Shown here in pieces: positions 25,639 to 35,277 of a stretch of 64,000 nt of DNA. The notes beneath the pieces were generated by a model. The model searched no databases and was not told the DNA's origin. It was given only the letters and a program-made list of their open reading frames with translations. The stretch is from the IMG/VR virus record IMGVR_UViG_3300033232_000045, positions 1 to 64,000 of that record, one strand, 5' to 3'. This DNA comes from a virus. The position numbers were made by a program, and so were the translations under genes. Each line of letters starts with the position of its first letter. Positions within the stretch are counted from its first letter, which is position 1.

Positions 25639-26231
25639 CCAAGGTCATCCTCGAAGGCGAAATGGGAAAGAAGTTCGGACGCGAATGGTCGTTCGATATT
25701 TCATCGCCCGCCGAAGCGCTGCGCATGGTTGACGCGAACAATCCAGGCGTATTCATCTGGATCAAGTCGAACTTGGCGAAATACGAGGCGTACCGTGTTG
25801 TCTGCAAGTACGAGGACGGCAGGGAGGAGAGTCTTGACAAGGACTCATACATTCTCCAGGGCAAGCCCGCCGAGATTCGCTTCGTCCCGCTCATCGAGGG
25901 CGCTGGTGGAAAGTGGGGCACCGCCATTCTTGGCGCCATTCTGATTGTTGTCGGATACGCGATCATTGCTTTCACCTCCGGGTTCGGCGGCGTAATTGGC
26001 TCGTACATGATTCAGGCGGGCGTGTCGATGATGATCGGCGGCATTATCCAGGCGCTCACGACGCAGCCAAAAAAGGGCGACGAGGCACAGCGCAAAGACA
26101 TGACATCCCACTTCTTCGACGGCCCGGTGAACACGACGGAGCAGGGCGTCCCTGTCCAGCTCATCTACGGTGAGGTGCTGGTGGGTTCCCATGCAATTTC
26201 TGCGGAAGTGACCGTAGATCAACTGATGTAA
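25632..26231 (+). CDS. tail assembly protein, lambda gpI-like
   Basis: ORF 25488-26231 trimmed to ATG 25632 (MLTKVILEG...); central Gly-rich hydrophobic segment; synteny. Confidence 0.75.
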   Translation: MLTKVILEGEMGKKFGREWSFDISSPAEALRMVDANNPGVFIWIKSNLAKYEAYRVVCKYEDGREESLDKDSYILQGKPAEIRFVPLIEGAGGKWGTAILGAILIVVGYAIIAFTSGFGGVIGSYMIQAGVSMMIGGIIQALTTQPKKGDEAQRKDMTSHFFDGPVNTTEQGVPVQLIYGEVLVGSHAISAEVTVDQLM

Positions 26232-26243
26232 GGCGGCAAGAAT

Positions 26244-29200
26244 ATGGCTGACGAAGACAAGAAGACCGTGGCAATGATCGGTGGTGCTGGCGGGGGCGGG
26301 TGCTTCAGGGCTGGCGCGCGAATCCTGCTTGAACACGGAAAGACCGCAGCGATCGAAACGCTTAAGGCGGGCGACGAGGTTCTGGCGTTCGATGAGGACG
26401 GCAAGATTCACCTCGCAAAGGTCACGAAGGTCCACTATCACGCGGACCCACAGCCAATTCTGAAGGTCAAGTTCTGGCGCGGGGAGACCCATATTACTCC
26501 GAACCATTGGGTGCTCAACCAGTACGCCTCGTTCGTCGAAATGGGAAGCCTGACCGAGCATGACGCTCTCGTTGACGGCATGGGACACCTTCGTCCTATC
26601 GTCGGTGCCGAGTTGATTGGCTACGAGCCCGTCTGGAACTTGACGGTCGAGCCGCATCACACCTTTATCTGTGATGGCGTCCGCGTGCATAACGGGGGCC
26701 ATCGTGAGCGCTACCCGGTCATTGCCGGGGCTGGCGGCGGTGGCGGTAGCAAAGGCGGCGGCGGGGCGGTTGAAGACCCCGACAGCCTGCAATCGCGTGC
26801 GATGGTTTCGCTGCTCGACCTTGTTGGAGAGGGCGAGATTGGCGGCTTGATGGCTGGCGGACAGTCAATCTTTCTAAACGACACCCCGCTGCAGAACGCG
26901 AACGGAACGTACAACTTCAATGGCGTGACCTGGGCGGCACGCAATGGCACGCAGAACCAGACGCCGATCGAGGGTCACTCCGATATCGAAACACCTGCGG
27001 TCGTCGGGACTCAGGTCAAGTACGATATGCCGAAGACGGTCACGATTACCAACCCCAACGTCGACAAGATTCGGGCGATCGTGACCTTTCCGTCGCTTGC
27101 GTCGACGAATACCAAGACCGGCGACATTCACGGAACGACCGTTCAATACAAGTTTCAAATCTCGGCGGACGGCGGACCATTTAACGATGTCATTGCCTCG
27201 ACCTCGCTCTTTCCCGCGACCGGGGCGCAAACGACTGAATACGGCGCAACCCAGACGCTCTACAATTCGTCGACGGACGAAAACTACACCGTAACCCCGG
27301 TGGTTGCCGTTGTGGGCGAAATCTACGACGCTGACGCACTCGGCATAGGCGTAACCATTACGGCAAGCTACAGTGACCCCAATGTCAACACTATTGGCGA
27401 CAACTGGGACTACTGGACTGGATCGGTAGAGCTTCAGCCGCAAGTGCATAACGGGGCGGCATGGGTCAATCACGGCGGAACAGTCAAGCTCAACTATCAG
27501 GATACGTGGAACAATTATCAAGCCACGAGCCCATCAGTCTTCCATTCCGTTGACGGATACAAAAAGATTCGCTTCGTCGTCGTCGGCGCGAGCAACCTTG
27601 CAGGCATTAAACTGACTGACTTCAAGAAGTCTTCCGTGACATCGACGATCACCGTCACGGGCAAGTCGCGCTCACGCTACCAGCGCAGCCACATGCTGAC
27701 GCTGCCCAAGCCCGCGACAGGCTGGAACCTGAGAATGGTCAGGCTGACGCCCGACTCTGAGGCCGCGACGCTCGCCAATGACACCTACTTTGACAGCTAC
27801 GTCGAGATTGTCGATAGCAAGCTGTCGTATCCGAACTCTGCACTGATCGGCGTCAGGATTGACTCGTCTCAGTTCAACCAGATTCCGCGACGCTCGTACT
27901 TGGTGAGCGGGCTCTACATTAAGGTTCCGTCCAACTATAACCCCGCGACCAGACTGTACAGCGGCGTGTGGGATGGCACCTTCAAGATCGCGGTGTCGAA
28001 CAATCCGGCGTGGGTGCTCTACGACATTCTGACCAACGGCAGATATGGACTGGGGCAGTTCATCACGTCCGCACAGGTCGATAAGGCGAAGCTCTACCAG
28101 ATCGGGCGCTATTGCGATGAGCTGGTGCCTGACGGGTTTGGGCGCTATGAGCCGCGCTTCACCCTGAACACCGCGATCCAGTCGATCCAGGAGGCATACA
28201 GGCTGATCGCAAACATCACTTCAGTCTTCCGTGGGATGGCGTTCTGGAACGGCGGGATGGTCGGATTCACCCAGGACGCCCCCTCAGGCGTGAGCATGGA
28301 GTACAACAATGCGAACGTCATCGACGGCATGTTCAACTACACGGGCTCGTCGCGAAAGGACAGGCATTCTGTCGTCCTGGTGACATGGAACGACCCAACG
28401 GAGAATTACAAGCGAAAGGTCGAGTACATCGAAGACCCGGGTCTCGTCGCGAAGTACGGCATTCGCAAGGCGGACACAGTCGCGTTCGGATGTACCAGTC
28501 GCGGTCAAGCGCACCGTCTCGGCAAGTGGATTCTCTACACCGAGCGTGACGAGTCCAATGTCATCAGCTTCAAGGTCGGGATTGACTCCGCGCTTGTCAT
28601 TCCTGGGGAGGTCATTCGCATCGCCGACCAGTACCGCTCCGGGAAGCGCATGGGCGGGCGCCTGCTCGCCGCCACAACGACCTCCGCGACGCTCGACGCC
28701 CCCGTAACGTTGTCCGGCAGCGGCGCGAGTCTGTCGGTCAGGCTGCCCGATGGGACCTTCGCGGACAGGGTGATCCTGGAGGCGCCTGGCACGCGCAACG
28801 TCGTGACGTGGGCCGACCCGCTGCCCGACCTTCCTGTGCCGAACGCCGTCTGGATAATTTCCGAGGTCTCGCTTGAGCCGATGATGGCGCGGGTGGTCGG
28901 GATCACGCAAGATGGCGAATCGAAAAACACGTTCGTCATCAGCGCGATTGAGCACAACCCGAACAAGTACGGCGCCATTGAACTTGGGCTGACCCTTGAA
29001 AGGCCGAACAACAGCCTTCTCAGCATCAGCTCGGTAGTGACGCCCGAAGACTTCAAGGTCACGGAATCCGCGTACCTCGCTGCACCCAGCACGCCCGGAT
29101 TCAAGATGCACGTTTCGTGGTTCGGAAGCGCATCGTCCTACGAGCTTCAATGGCGTCGGTCCGACAGTGCAACGTCCAACTGGGAGACCATCACGACGAA

Positions 29201-30686
29201 GTCGCTGTCTGTCGAGATTGACGGCATCAACCCAGGCACGCACGAGCTCAAGCTGGTCGCGCTCAACGCGATCGGAGGCGCCCGCTCTCAGCCGCTTGCC
29301 CTGTCCTTCAATGTTCTCGGACTGATTCCCGCACCTGAAAAGGTCGAGAACTTCGTGGTCGGCGTCAGAACGACCGACCTTCAGCTCCGCTGGTCGCCTG
29401 CAGAAGTGATCGGACCTGCGTTATACGAGGTTCGCGTAGGCCCATCTTGGGATGACGCGGAAGTCATCATGGCGGGGTTCAGCGGAAACACGATGATTCA
29501 CGACCAGAGTGAGGCGGGATCGTACCGCTATCATATTCGCTCGATCAACGGCGCGACCGGACAATACTCGAACGAGGTGACGACTGCCGTGTTCACCGTA
29601 GATGCGCCGGCGACCGTTTCTGGCTTCGACTGCGTTCAAAACGGAAGTCGCATCGAGTTTCGCTGGAATGCCAACCCTGAGCGCGGCATCGTCGGGTACG
29701 AGATTCGTGAAGGCACGACCTGGGCATCGTCCTCATTCGTGACGCAGGTCAACGCGACGACCTACTCGACCCCTGCCAACTCGGTCGAGGGCGCGCGCAC
29801 CTTTCTGATCAAGGCGATTGTCGCACCCGGAGTCTATTCGGATGTCGCCACGTTCTCGACAACCGAAGTGGCAAAGTCGTCTGACCGCAACGTTATCGTC
29901 ACGGTCGATGAATGGGCGACGGGCTGGCTCGGCTCCAAGTTTAACGTCTCGACCTTCGAGGATGACCTCGTTCTCGACCCCGGCAAGACCTATGGAGAGT
30001 ACACATGGGGCGTTTCGCTGCCGCAGACGTATCGCGCCCGCAACTCGGTACACTCGACGTTTGACGCCCTAATCGCAGACACGACAACTTGGGGCACCGC
30101 ATCTTATCGCTGGGTTGATCCGCAGTCTGGGCGCTCATGGATTATCACGGGCGACCTGGCAGCGGTCGATATTACCTACTACATTTCGAAGTTCGTCGGG
30201 CTCAACCCATCCTACATTGAGGGCTTCGGACTGAACGCCGAGACGGTCGGCGTAAACGGCACAGTCGCGACCCAGGCGACAGGGTTGACATACGATGCTG
30301 GTCGATTCCTGAAGGGCGCCTACATCAGCGACTTCACACGCCTGAACTGGAATATTACCGTCCCGGAGACCTTCAGCAAGACGTTCTGGGCGATCCCCAA
30401 GTCGATCGTCGGGAATCAAGTCTACCTCTCCGCAGAGACCGCCAGCGGGCTTCACCTCATGGTTGGTCACGACGCCGTGAATGGCTGGTTCTACCTGGAG
30501 GACAGCATGGGCCAGAAGATTACCGTTCCGTACACTATCGAGCCGGAAGATCGGGTGCTGGTCGGAATCGTGCAAACAGCAAGTGAGCGCAAGCTGCATA
30601 TCGGAAGGCTGAACGATGTTCCGGCAAGCGCTTCTGCCGCGCACCTCCCGCTCGGGCCGGTCACCAAAATCAAGCTGCATCAGTAA
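26244..30686 (+). CDS. central tail fibre / host specificity protein, lambda gpJ-like, with an inserted N-terminal Hint domain
   Basis: 1480 aa; after the insert the sequence SLQSRAMVSLLDLVGEGEIGG matches the gpJ N-terminal pattern; fibronectin-like repeats; synteny after gpI. Confidence 0.9.
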   Translation: MADEDKKTVAMIGGAGGGGCFRAGARILLEHGKTAAIETLKAGDEVLAFDEDGKIHLAKVTKVHYHADPQPILKVKFWRGETHITPNHWVLNQYASFVEMGSLTEHDALVDGMGHLRPIVGAELIGYEPVWNLTVEPHHTFICDGVRVHNGGHRERYPVIAGAGGGGGSKGGGGAVEDPDSLQSRAMVSLLDLVGEGEIGGLMAGGQSIFLNDTPLQNANGTYNFNGVTWAARNGTQNQTPIEGHSDIETPAVVGTQVKYDMPKTVTITNPNVDKIRAIVTFPSLASTNTKTGDIHGTTVQYKFQISADGGPFNDVIASTSLFPATGAQTTEYGATQTLYNSSTDENYTVTPVVAVVGEIYDADALGIGVTITASYSDPNVNTIGDNWDYWTGSVELQPQVHNGAAWVNHGGTVKLNYQDTWNNYQATSPSVFHSVDGYKKIRFVVVGASNLAGIKLTDFKKSSVTSTITVTGKSRSRYQRSHMLTLPKPATGWNLRMVRLTPDSEAATLANDTYFDSYVEIVDSKLSYPNSALIGVRIDSSQFNQIPRRSYLVSGLYIKVPSNYNPATRLYSGVWDGTFKIAVSNNPAWVLYDILTNGRYGLGQFITSAQVDKAKLYQIGRYCDELVPDGFGRYEPRFTLNTAIQSIQEAYRLIANITSVFRGMAFWNGGMVGFTQDAPSGVSMEYNNANVIDGMFNYTGSSRKDRHSVVLVTWNDPTENYKRKVEYIEDPGLVAKYGIRKADTVAFGCTSRGQAHRLGKWILYTERDESNVISFKVGIDSALVIPGEVIRIADQYRSGKRMGGRLLAATTTSATLDAPVTLSGSGASLSVRLPDGTFADRVILEAPGTRNVVTWADPLPDLPVPNAVWIISEVSLEPMMARVVGITQDGESKNTFVISAIEHNPNKYGAIELGLTLERPNNSLLSISSVVTPEDFKVTESAYLAAPSTPGFKMHVSWFGSASSYELQWRRSDSATSNWETITTKSLSVEIDGINPGTHELKLVALNAIGGARSQPLALSFNVLGLIPAPEKVENFVVGVRTTDLQLRWSPAEVIGPALYEVRVGPSWDDAEVIMAGFSGNTMIHDQSEAGSYRYHIRSINGATGQYSNEVTTAVFTVDAPATVSGFDCVQNGSRIEFRWNANPERGIVGYEIREGTTWASSSFVTQVNATTYSTPANSVEGARTFLIKAIVAPGVYSDVATFSTTEVAKSSDRNVIVTVDEWATGWLGSKFNVSTFEDDLVLDPGKTYGEYTWGVSLPQTYRARNSVHSTFDALIADTTTWGTASYRWVDPQSGRSWIITGDLAAVDITYYISKFVGLNPSYIEGFGLNAETVGVNGTVATQATGLTYDAGRFLKGAYISDFTRLNWNITVPETFSKTFWAIPKSIVGNQVYLSAETASGLHLMVGHDAVNGWFYLEDSMGQKITVPYTIEPEDRVLVGIVQTASERKLHIGRLNDVPASASAAHLPLGPVTKIKLHQ
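26301..26693 (+). other. Hint / bacterial intein-like domain (aa 20-150 of the gpJ-like protein)
   Basis: Starts with Cys (GGGG|CFRAGARILL), block B ITPNHWV, C-terminal VWNLTVEPHHTFICDGVRVHN; the +1 residue is Gly. Confidence 0.7.
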
Positions 30687-30701
30687 GTCAGCGTTGACTT
30701 A
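30684..30701 (+). promoter_or_regulatory. TAAGTCA-N4-TGACTTA motif copy (perfect palindrome)
   Basis: TAAGTCAGCGTTGACTTA; its TAA is the gpJ stop codon. Confidence 0.7.
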
Positions 30702-30722
30702 TAGGCGCAGCTACAAGATAAT
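30694..30722 (+). promoter_or_regulatory. sigma70-like promoter TTGACT-N17-GATAAT
   Basis: The -35 is the right half of the motif copy; upstream of gene 30760. Confidence 0.5.
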
Positions 30723-30759
30723 CCACAGGTCACCACCTACTTATCATTAAGGAGTAAAA

Positions 30760-31203
30760 ATGTTCGACGACAAGTTCCACCTGAAGGGCTCGATGGAAGC
30801 GGTACTGGTCAAGGAAGACGGCAGCGTTGAAGTCACCCGCAAGGACAACATCATCGTCAACGGCGGCTTCGACTTCATCTGTGCGGCAATCGGCAACGCG
30901 GACCGCCCCGCAGCGATGGGCTATATCGCTGTCGGCACTGGCGCCACCGCGCCCGCAGCGACCCAAGCCGCCCTCGTCACTCAGTCGGCCCGTATCGCCG
31001 CGACCTACGCGCATACTGCAGGCACGAAGACTTTCACCGTGAGCGCGACCTTCGCGGCCGGCACCGCGACCGCAGCCCTGACCGAAGCTGGCGTATTCAA
31101 CGATCCGGCCGCTGGCACCATGCTCGACCGCGTGACCTTCGCCGTCATCAACAAGGGCGCATCCGATACCCTGACCGTCACCTTCACCTTTACCCTGTCC
31201 TAA
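30760..31203 (+). CDS. hypothetical tail-fibre-region protein, 147 aa
   Basis: Strong RBS AAGGAG; Ala/Thr-rich beta-type sequence; no named family recognised. Confidence 0.6.
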   Translation: MFDDKFHLKGSMEAVLVKEDGSVEVTRKDNIIVNGGFDFICAAIGNADRPAAMGYIAVGTGATAPAATQAALVTQSARIAATYAHTAGTKTFTVSATFAAGTATAALTEAGVFNDPAAGTMLDRVTFAVINKGASDTLTVTFTFTLS

Positions 31204-31219
31204 TCAGGCTGAGCAGTGA

Positions 31220-34200
31220 GTGGCAACCACCGTAAGCGTCAGCAGTGTCCCGACGACGCCCACTTATCAGAAGTGGGCGGACCACGCGAGCACCGTCTGG
31301 GGCTCCAGCTACGGCACCAACAGGTGGCTAAGCACTACTGAGCCGACCGCATATTCTGCCGCGATCGCCGAAACGCTGACTGTTCGATTGGGCGCCATCA
31401 CTGACGCCTACGATTCACGATTATGGCGGGACGGCATCACCCCGGCCGGATACAGTCTCAACCAGAACCAGCCAGGCGAGAGCTTCTTCGCCACCAGGGC
31501 GGGGCCATTCGACTACCCCGAAGTCGTCAACGTCAGCAAGGTAATCGTTGCTGGCGACAATGACGCGGACGGCGGCTGGAACATGAACACCAACGTCGCA
31601 GTAGACCATACCGCAGGCGCGATCTTTGCCGTGTTCATGCGCAAGATGACAATCGAGGGGACGGGCTACTGGGGGCTGTATTCAAATGGCACGGCGCACG
31701 TCTATAAACTCGACGGAGTAGCAAACAATAACCCCTACTTCTGGGCGTCCGACCTGCCCAACACAAACGACTGGTTCCTGGTAGTCGGGTACGTGCATGG
31801 AAGTGCATACGCTGGCGGCAGCGCCGGGGTTACAGGCGTCTACAACCTGTCTGGAAGCAAGGTGGCAGGCGGGAACGAGTTCAAGTGGGTCGCGGGGACA
31901 ACCCTGGCGCGACACCGCTGCTACCACTACTACAACGTCAATAGTCCTGTCGGGGAAGAGGTGCAGTACAGTACCCGCCCCGTCATCATCCCGTGCTCGG
32001 TCGCTGAAGCGCCTGGGAAGATTGCCGCGATCCTGAACAATGCGGGGAGAACGCTGGACAATGTGACATCGTTCCAGAGGGCGCTTGCCGATTCCCTCTC
32101 TATTGTCGACGCTGGAGCGCACGGGGTCGGCAAAGCCCAGAGCGAATCAATCGACATCCTCGGCTCCAGCTATGACTGGCGCAGGTTTCCGACCACATGG
32201 GCCGGCGCCACGAGCTACGACTGGACAGGAACTGATGCCTCACGCTTCGGCTATGGCTTTCTGATCATCAGGGGGTTCATGGAGTCGATCGGCGTTTCGG
32301 AGCTTGAGGCAAACACGGTTAGCAAGAAGCTAGCAGACGCACTTGTCATTGCGGAATCACGGGTGTCCGGGTTCGCAAAGGGCATCGCGGAGCACATCAA
32401 CGCGACCCCTGCGACACTCAGCTTTGACGGCGTAGATGGCGCAATGACCGCCCTGAACAGCCCCTCGTTGCAGGTCATTGGCGATCTGACCATTGAAATG
32501 TGGCTGTATCCGACCGACATCGCGGTATCGCGCCAAAACCCTATCAACAAGGCGTTTGGCGGCGAATACACCGTCACGCAGGAGACGGGTGGGTCTCTCT
32601 CATTCTATTGGGGCACGGCCGGGGGAAACACCACACCATATCAAGGCTTTGGCTCGTCAAGGGTCACACAGGGAAAGTGGAACCACTGCGTTCTGCGTAG
32701 AAAGCTGGGTGACGACGGATTCTTAAAATGGACGATCAATGGTGTCTCAAACTCCGGGACTCCAGGATACGCAGAAGCGGTTGCGTCGCCGACCAACGTG
32801 ACGATCGGCACTGGCTACGCGGGCAAATACAGGGGCATGATCGACAATGTGCGCATCTACAATCGCGCCCTGACCGATCAGGAGGTTGTCGAGCATCGGC
32901 AGGGGCTCTTCCTGGGTGACGCCGGCCTGGTCGCATCCTGGGGCTTTGACGAAGATGGTGCGATCGCCTATGACGGCAGCGGAAATGGCAACCACGGGGC
33001 GCTGACGGGCTCGGTCACGCGCGCCGAGATTGCGGAGTACGCGAATAGCATGGTCGTGCCAAAATCTGAAGTATTCGCGGTCACGGACGCAGGCGCGAAG
33101 CAGTTCTCCGCGAATAAGGTGGAGGTACTTGCGGTTTCGGAGGCGTACTCGCGCATCGCAGATTTCAGCAGGGCGCTTGCGGAGTCGGTAGGCATTGCGG
33201 AAAGCAGCAGCAAGGGCACCTCGGTCGTCAGGTCAGAGTCCGTATCGGTGACAGAGGCAACCGGGAAGGACGCGTCCTCGGAGCACGCCAGTTCGCTCGC
33301 GATTTCAGAAGACGTGCTCAAGTCGCAACTGCTCGCGCTGGCTGACGCATTTAACATTCTGGGCTCCGGCTACGATTGGACCAACGCAGGGTTTGATTGG
33401 GCGTCTGCGGTAGACAAATCGTGGGTCGCCAACGGTGGGTTCTCGACTGGCACCACCAAGCGGCTGACGGACTCGGTTGCCGTTACGGAGTCGTACGGTC
33501 GCGCTGCATCCTTTGCCCGTCAGGTCGCGGAAGCGCTGGCGGTGGCAGATGGCACAGCCAAGAGCGCCAGCCTGACACTTGCAGAGTCGGTTTCGGTGCT
33601 GGAGGCGATCGTCAACGGGTTCGATATCTTCCGCGAATTAGCCGAATCGCTTGGAGTTACCGACTCAGCGGGCAAAGTCGCCGTGTTCGAGCGCATTGTC
33701 GCCGAGATATTCGCTATTGCGGAAATGCGCGCATCGTCATCTTCAATTGCGAAGGGCGAGTCGTTTGCGATTTCCGAATCCAACTCAAAGAGCGCCGGAA
33801 AGCCGATAGGCGAAGTGCTGGGGGTATCAGAGGCAAACTCAAAGGCTTCAGGCAAGAACGAATCCCAGACACTCGCTATCGCGGAGCAGTACGGGTCCGC
33901 AGCCCAGTTCGCCCGCGCATTCGCGGAGACGCTTGGGGTCGTCGAGTCATTCGTGAAAGTCGCAGAGTTCAATCGCGCACTTGCGGAAGCGCTATCGCTC
34001 GCCGAGTCAAGCGCGAAATACACGACGAAGCCTGTACTTGAGTCGATCGCGGTCGCGGAGGCAATTCAGAAGGCGTCATCGATCCTGAAGGCCGAGTCGT
34101 TCGCCCTGGCGGAGGCGTTCGGACGCAATGCGGTTTTCAGCAGGGCGATCGCCGAGGGGCTGTCCGTCGCCGAAGCGCTGAAGAAAACCACATCGGTATC

Positions 34201-34693
34201 GAAGGCGGAGGCGCTTTCCATCGGTGACGAGCTGCGCAGAAACTCCCAGGCGGTGATTTCCGACATCCTGATCAACTCGGGCGACATCACGCTTGAGCGG
34301 TTCACGACCATGCTTGCAGAAGCGCAAGCGCCAGGGTACGGCCCCTTCACCCAGTTCAGCGAAGGCGACCACGAATACCAGAGCGCAATCTTCAAGGCGG
34401 TCATTACGGCACAAAATGGCGCGTCAACACGTCTGACCGACCTGAGCGTCGGAATTGACGTGCCTGACGTGTTCGACAACGGAACGACGGCAGTGACCGA
34501 TCAAGGCGCCACGGTATTCTTCACAAGGCATTTTTACGAGAAGCCCGAAGTGAACGTGTCGCTCAAAGGCGGCACGATCTTCGCCATCCCGCGAGTGACA
34601 AGCATCGAGAAGGACAGATTTACGGTCGAGCTCATCGACGCGCTCGGAAACAAGGTTCCCGGCACGCTAACGTGGGCAGCACAAGGATATTGA
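31220..34693 (+). CDS. large tail fibre protein with LamG/concanavalin-like domain and a repeat array
   Basis: GTG start; LamG-type segment LTIEMWLYPTD...GKWNHCVL...IDNVRIYNRALTDQEVVEH; about 19 repeats of 18-20 aa with core AE.h.h.E. Confidence 0.8.
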   Translation: MATTVSVSSVPTTPTYQKWADHASTVWGSSYGTNRWLSTTEPTAYSAAIAETLTVRLGAITDAYDSRLWRDGITPAGYSLNQNQPGESFFATRAGPFDYPEVVNVSKVIVAGDNDADGGWNMNTNVAVDHTAGAIFAVFMRKMTIEGTGYWGLYSNGTAHVYKLDGVANNNPYFWASDLPNTNDWFLVVGYVHGSAYAGGSAGVTGVYNLSGSKVAGGNEFKWVAGTTLARHRCYHYYNVNSPVGEEVQYSTRPVIIPCSVAEAPGKIAAILNNAGRTLDNVTSFQRALADSLSIVDAGAHGVGKAQSESIDILGSSYDWRRFPTTWAGATSYDWTGTDASRFGYGFLIIRGFMESIGVSELEANTVSKKLADALVIAESRVSGFAKGIAEHINATPATLSFDGVDGAMTALNSPSLQVIGDLTIEMWLYPTDIAVSRQNPINKAFGGEYTVTQETGGSLSFYWGTAGGNTTPYQGFGSSRVTQGKWNHCVLRRKLGDDGFLKWTINGVSNSGTPGYAEAVASPTNVTIGTGYAGKYRGMIDNVRIYNRALTDQEVVEHRQGLFLGDAGLVASWGFDEDGAIAYDGSGNGNHGALTGSVTRAEIAEYANSMVVPKSEVFAVTDAGAKQFSANKVEVLAVSEAYSRIADFSRALAESVGIAESSSKGTSVVRSESVSVTEATGKDASSEHASSLAISEDVLKSQLLALADAFNILGSGYDWTNAGFDWASAVDKSWVANGGFSTGTTKRLTDSVAVTESYGRAASFARQVAEALAVADGTAKSASLTLAESVSVLEAIVNGFDIFRELAESLGVTDSAGKVAVFERIVAEIFAIAEMRASSSSIAKGESFAISESNSKSAGKPIGEVLGVSEANSKASGKNESQTLAIAEQYGSAAQFARAFAETLGVVESFVKVAEFNRALAEALSLAESSAKYTTKPVLESIAVAEAIQKASSILKAESFALAEAFGRNAVFSRAIAEGLSVAEALKKTTSVSKAEALSIGDELRRNSQAVISDILINSGDITLERFTTMLAEAQAPGYGPFTQFSEGDHEYQSAIFKAVITAQNGASTRLTDLSVGIDVPDVFDNGTTAVTDQGATVFFTRHFYEKPEVNVSLKGGTIFAIPRVTSIEKDRFTVELIDALGNKVPGTLTWAAQGY

Positions 34694-34700
34694 GGCAATC

Positions 34701-35225
34701 ATGGCGGATTTAGCGTTAAACATCGACGAGACACTTCACTCCGACGACGAGCTCCGGCGGTCATCCGACTGTGTCATTTCTGACGTTTCAATTGCCCAGA
34801 CGGACATCACGCAGGCGCAATTTGCAGAGCTTCTGAGGGCGGGCGCCCCCGTTGGGTACGAGCCATTTCGTCACTACATTGGTGGCGAGTATGAGTACAA
34901 GGATGCGGTCTACAAGGCGGTACTGAGAACGTCGAGCGGCAGTTCGCCACGCATGACTACGCTCGGGGTCGAGATTGACGTTCCCGATGTCTACGATCGC
35001 GGCTCTGCGAGCATCCCAGCGGCAAAAACAACCATCACCTGCGGCCGTGCCTTCTACGAGGTCAGCGAGGTGATCGCCTCGCTGAAGGGTGGGACGGTCA
35101 TCGCGATGCCCCGCGTCTCGAACATCCAAATCAACAGCCTGGTCGCCACGTTCGATGTCGAGCTGGTTAGTCCGTCTGGGGCTCTCGTGGCGGGCGAAGT
35201 AACGTGGGCAGCAAAGGGCTATTGA
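34701..35225 (+). CDS. fibre tip module paralog, 174 aa (homologous to the C-terminus of 31220-34693)
   Basis: Shared blocks: D(I/V)PDV(F/Y)D, SLKGGT(I/V)(F/I)A(I/M)PRV, (L/V)TWAA(Q/K)GY at the C-terminus. Confidence 0.65.
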   Translation: MADLALNIDETLHSDDELRRSSDCVISDVSIAQTDITQAQFAELLRAGAPVGYEPFRHYIGGEYEYKDAVYKAVLRTSSGSSPRMTTLGVEIDVPDVYDRGSASIPAAKTTITCGRAFYEVSEVIASLKGGTVIAMPRVSNIQINSLVATFDVELVSPSGALVAGEVTWAAKGY

Positions 35226-35250
35226 CCCAGGCGTGCCTAACCGTATAAGA

Positions 35251-35268
35251 TAAATCATTACTGACATA
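35251..35268 (+). promoter_or_regulatory. degenerate TAAGTCA-N4-TGAYTTA motif copy
   Basis: TAAATCATTACTGACATA, 10 nt upstream of gene 35278. Confidence 0.4.
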
Positions 35269-35277
35269 GCAGACGAC

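Noticed and set aside
26301-26693. A canonical self-splicing mini-intein in gpJ
   Set aside because: The residue following the terminal His-Asn is Gly rather than Cys/Ser/Thr, so standard splicing chemistry is not supported. It is reported instead as a Hint/BIL-type domain.
10078-29243. Long antisense or overlapping ORFs in the track, for example 10078-10842(-), 14719-15906(-), 19958-20725(-), 21710-22306(-), 25845-26792(-), 28284-29243(-), and also 61384-61980(-)
   Set aside because: They lie opposite well-supported genes (terS, capsid, tape measure, gpJ, dnaE). They have Arg/Gly/Ala-rich low-complexity translations typical of GC-rich shadow frames, and they lack RBS and synteny logic.
30684-30706. 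T7-class single-subunit RNA polymerase promoters, because several motif copies end in ...ACTTATAGG (30697-30705, 56166-56174)
   Set aside because: No single-subunit RNAP gene is present in the window. Only a minority of copies carry the TATAGG ending, and the conserved part lies too far upstream for the T7 -17 to +6 geometry.
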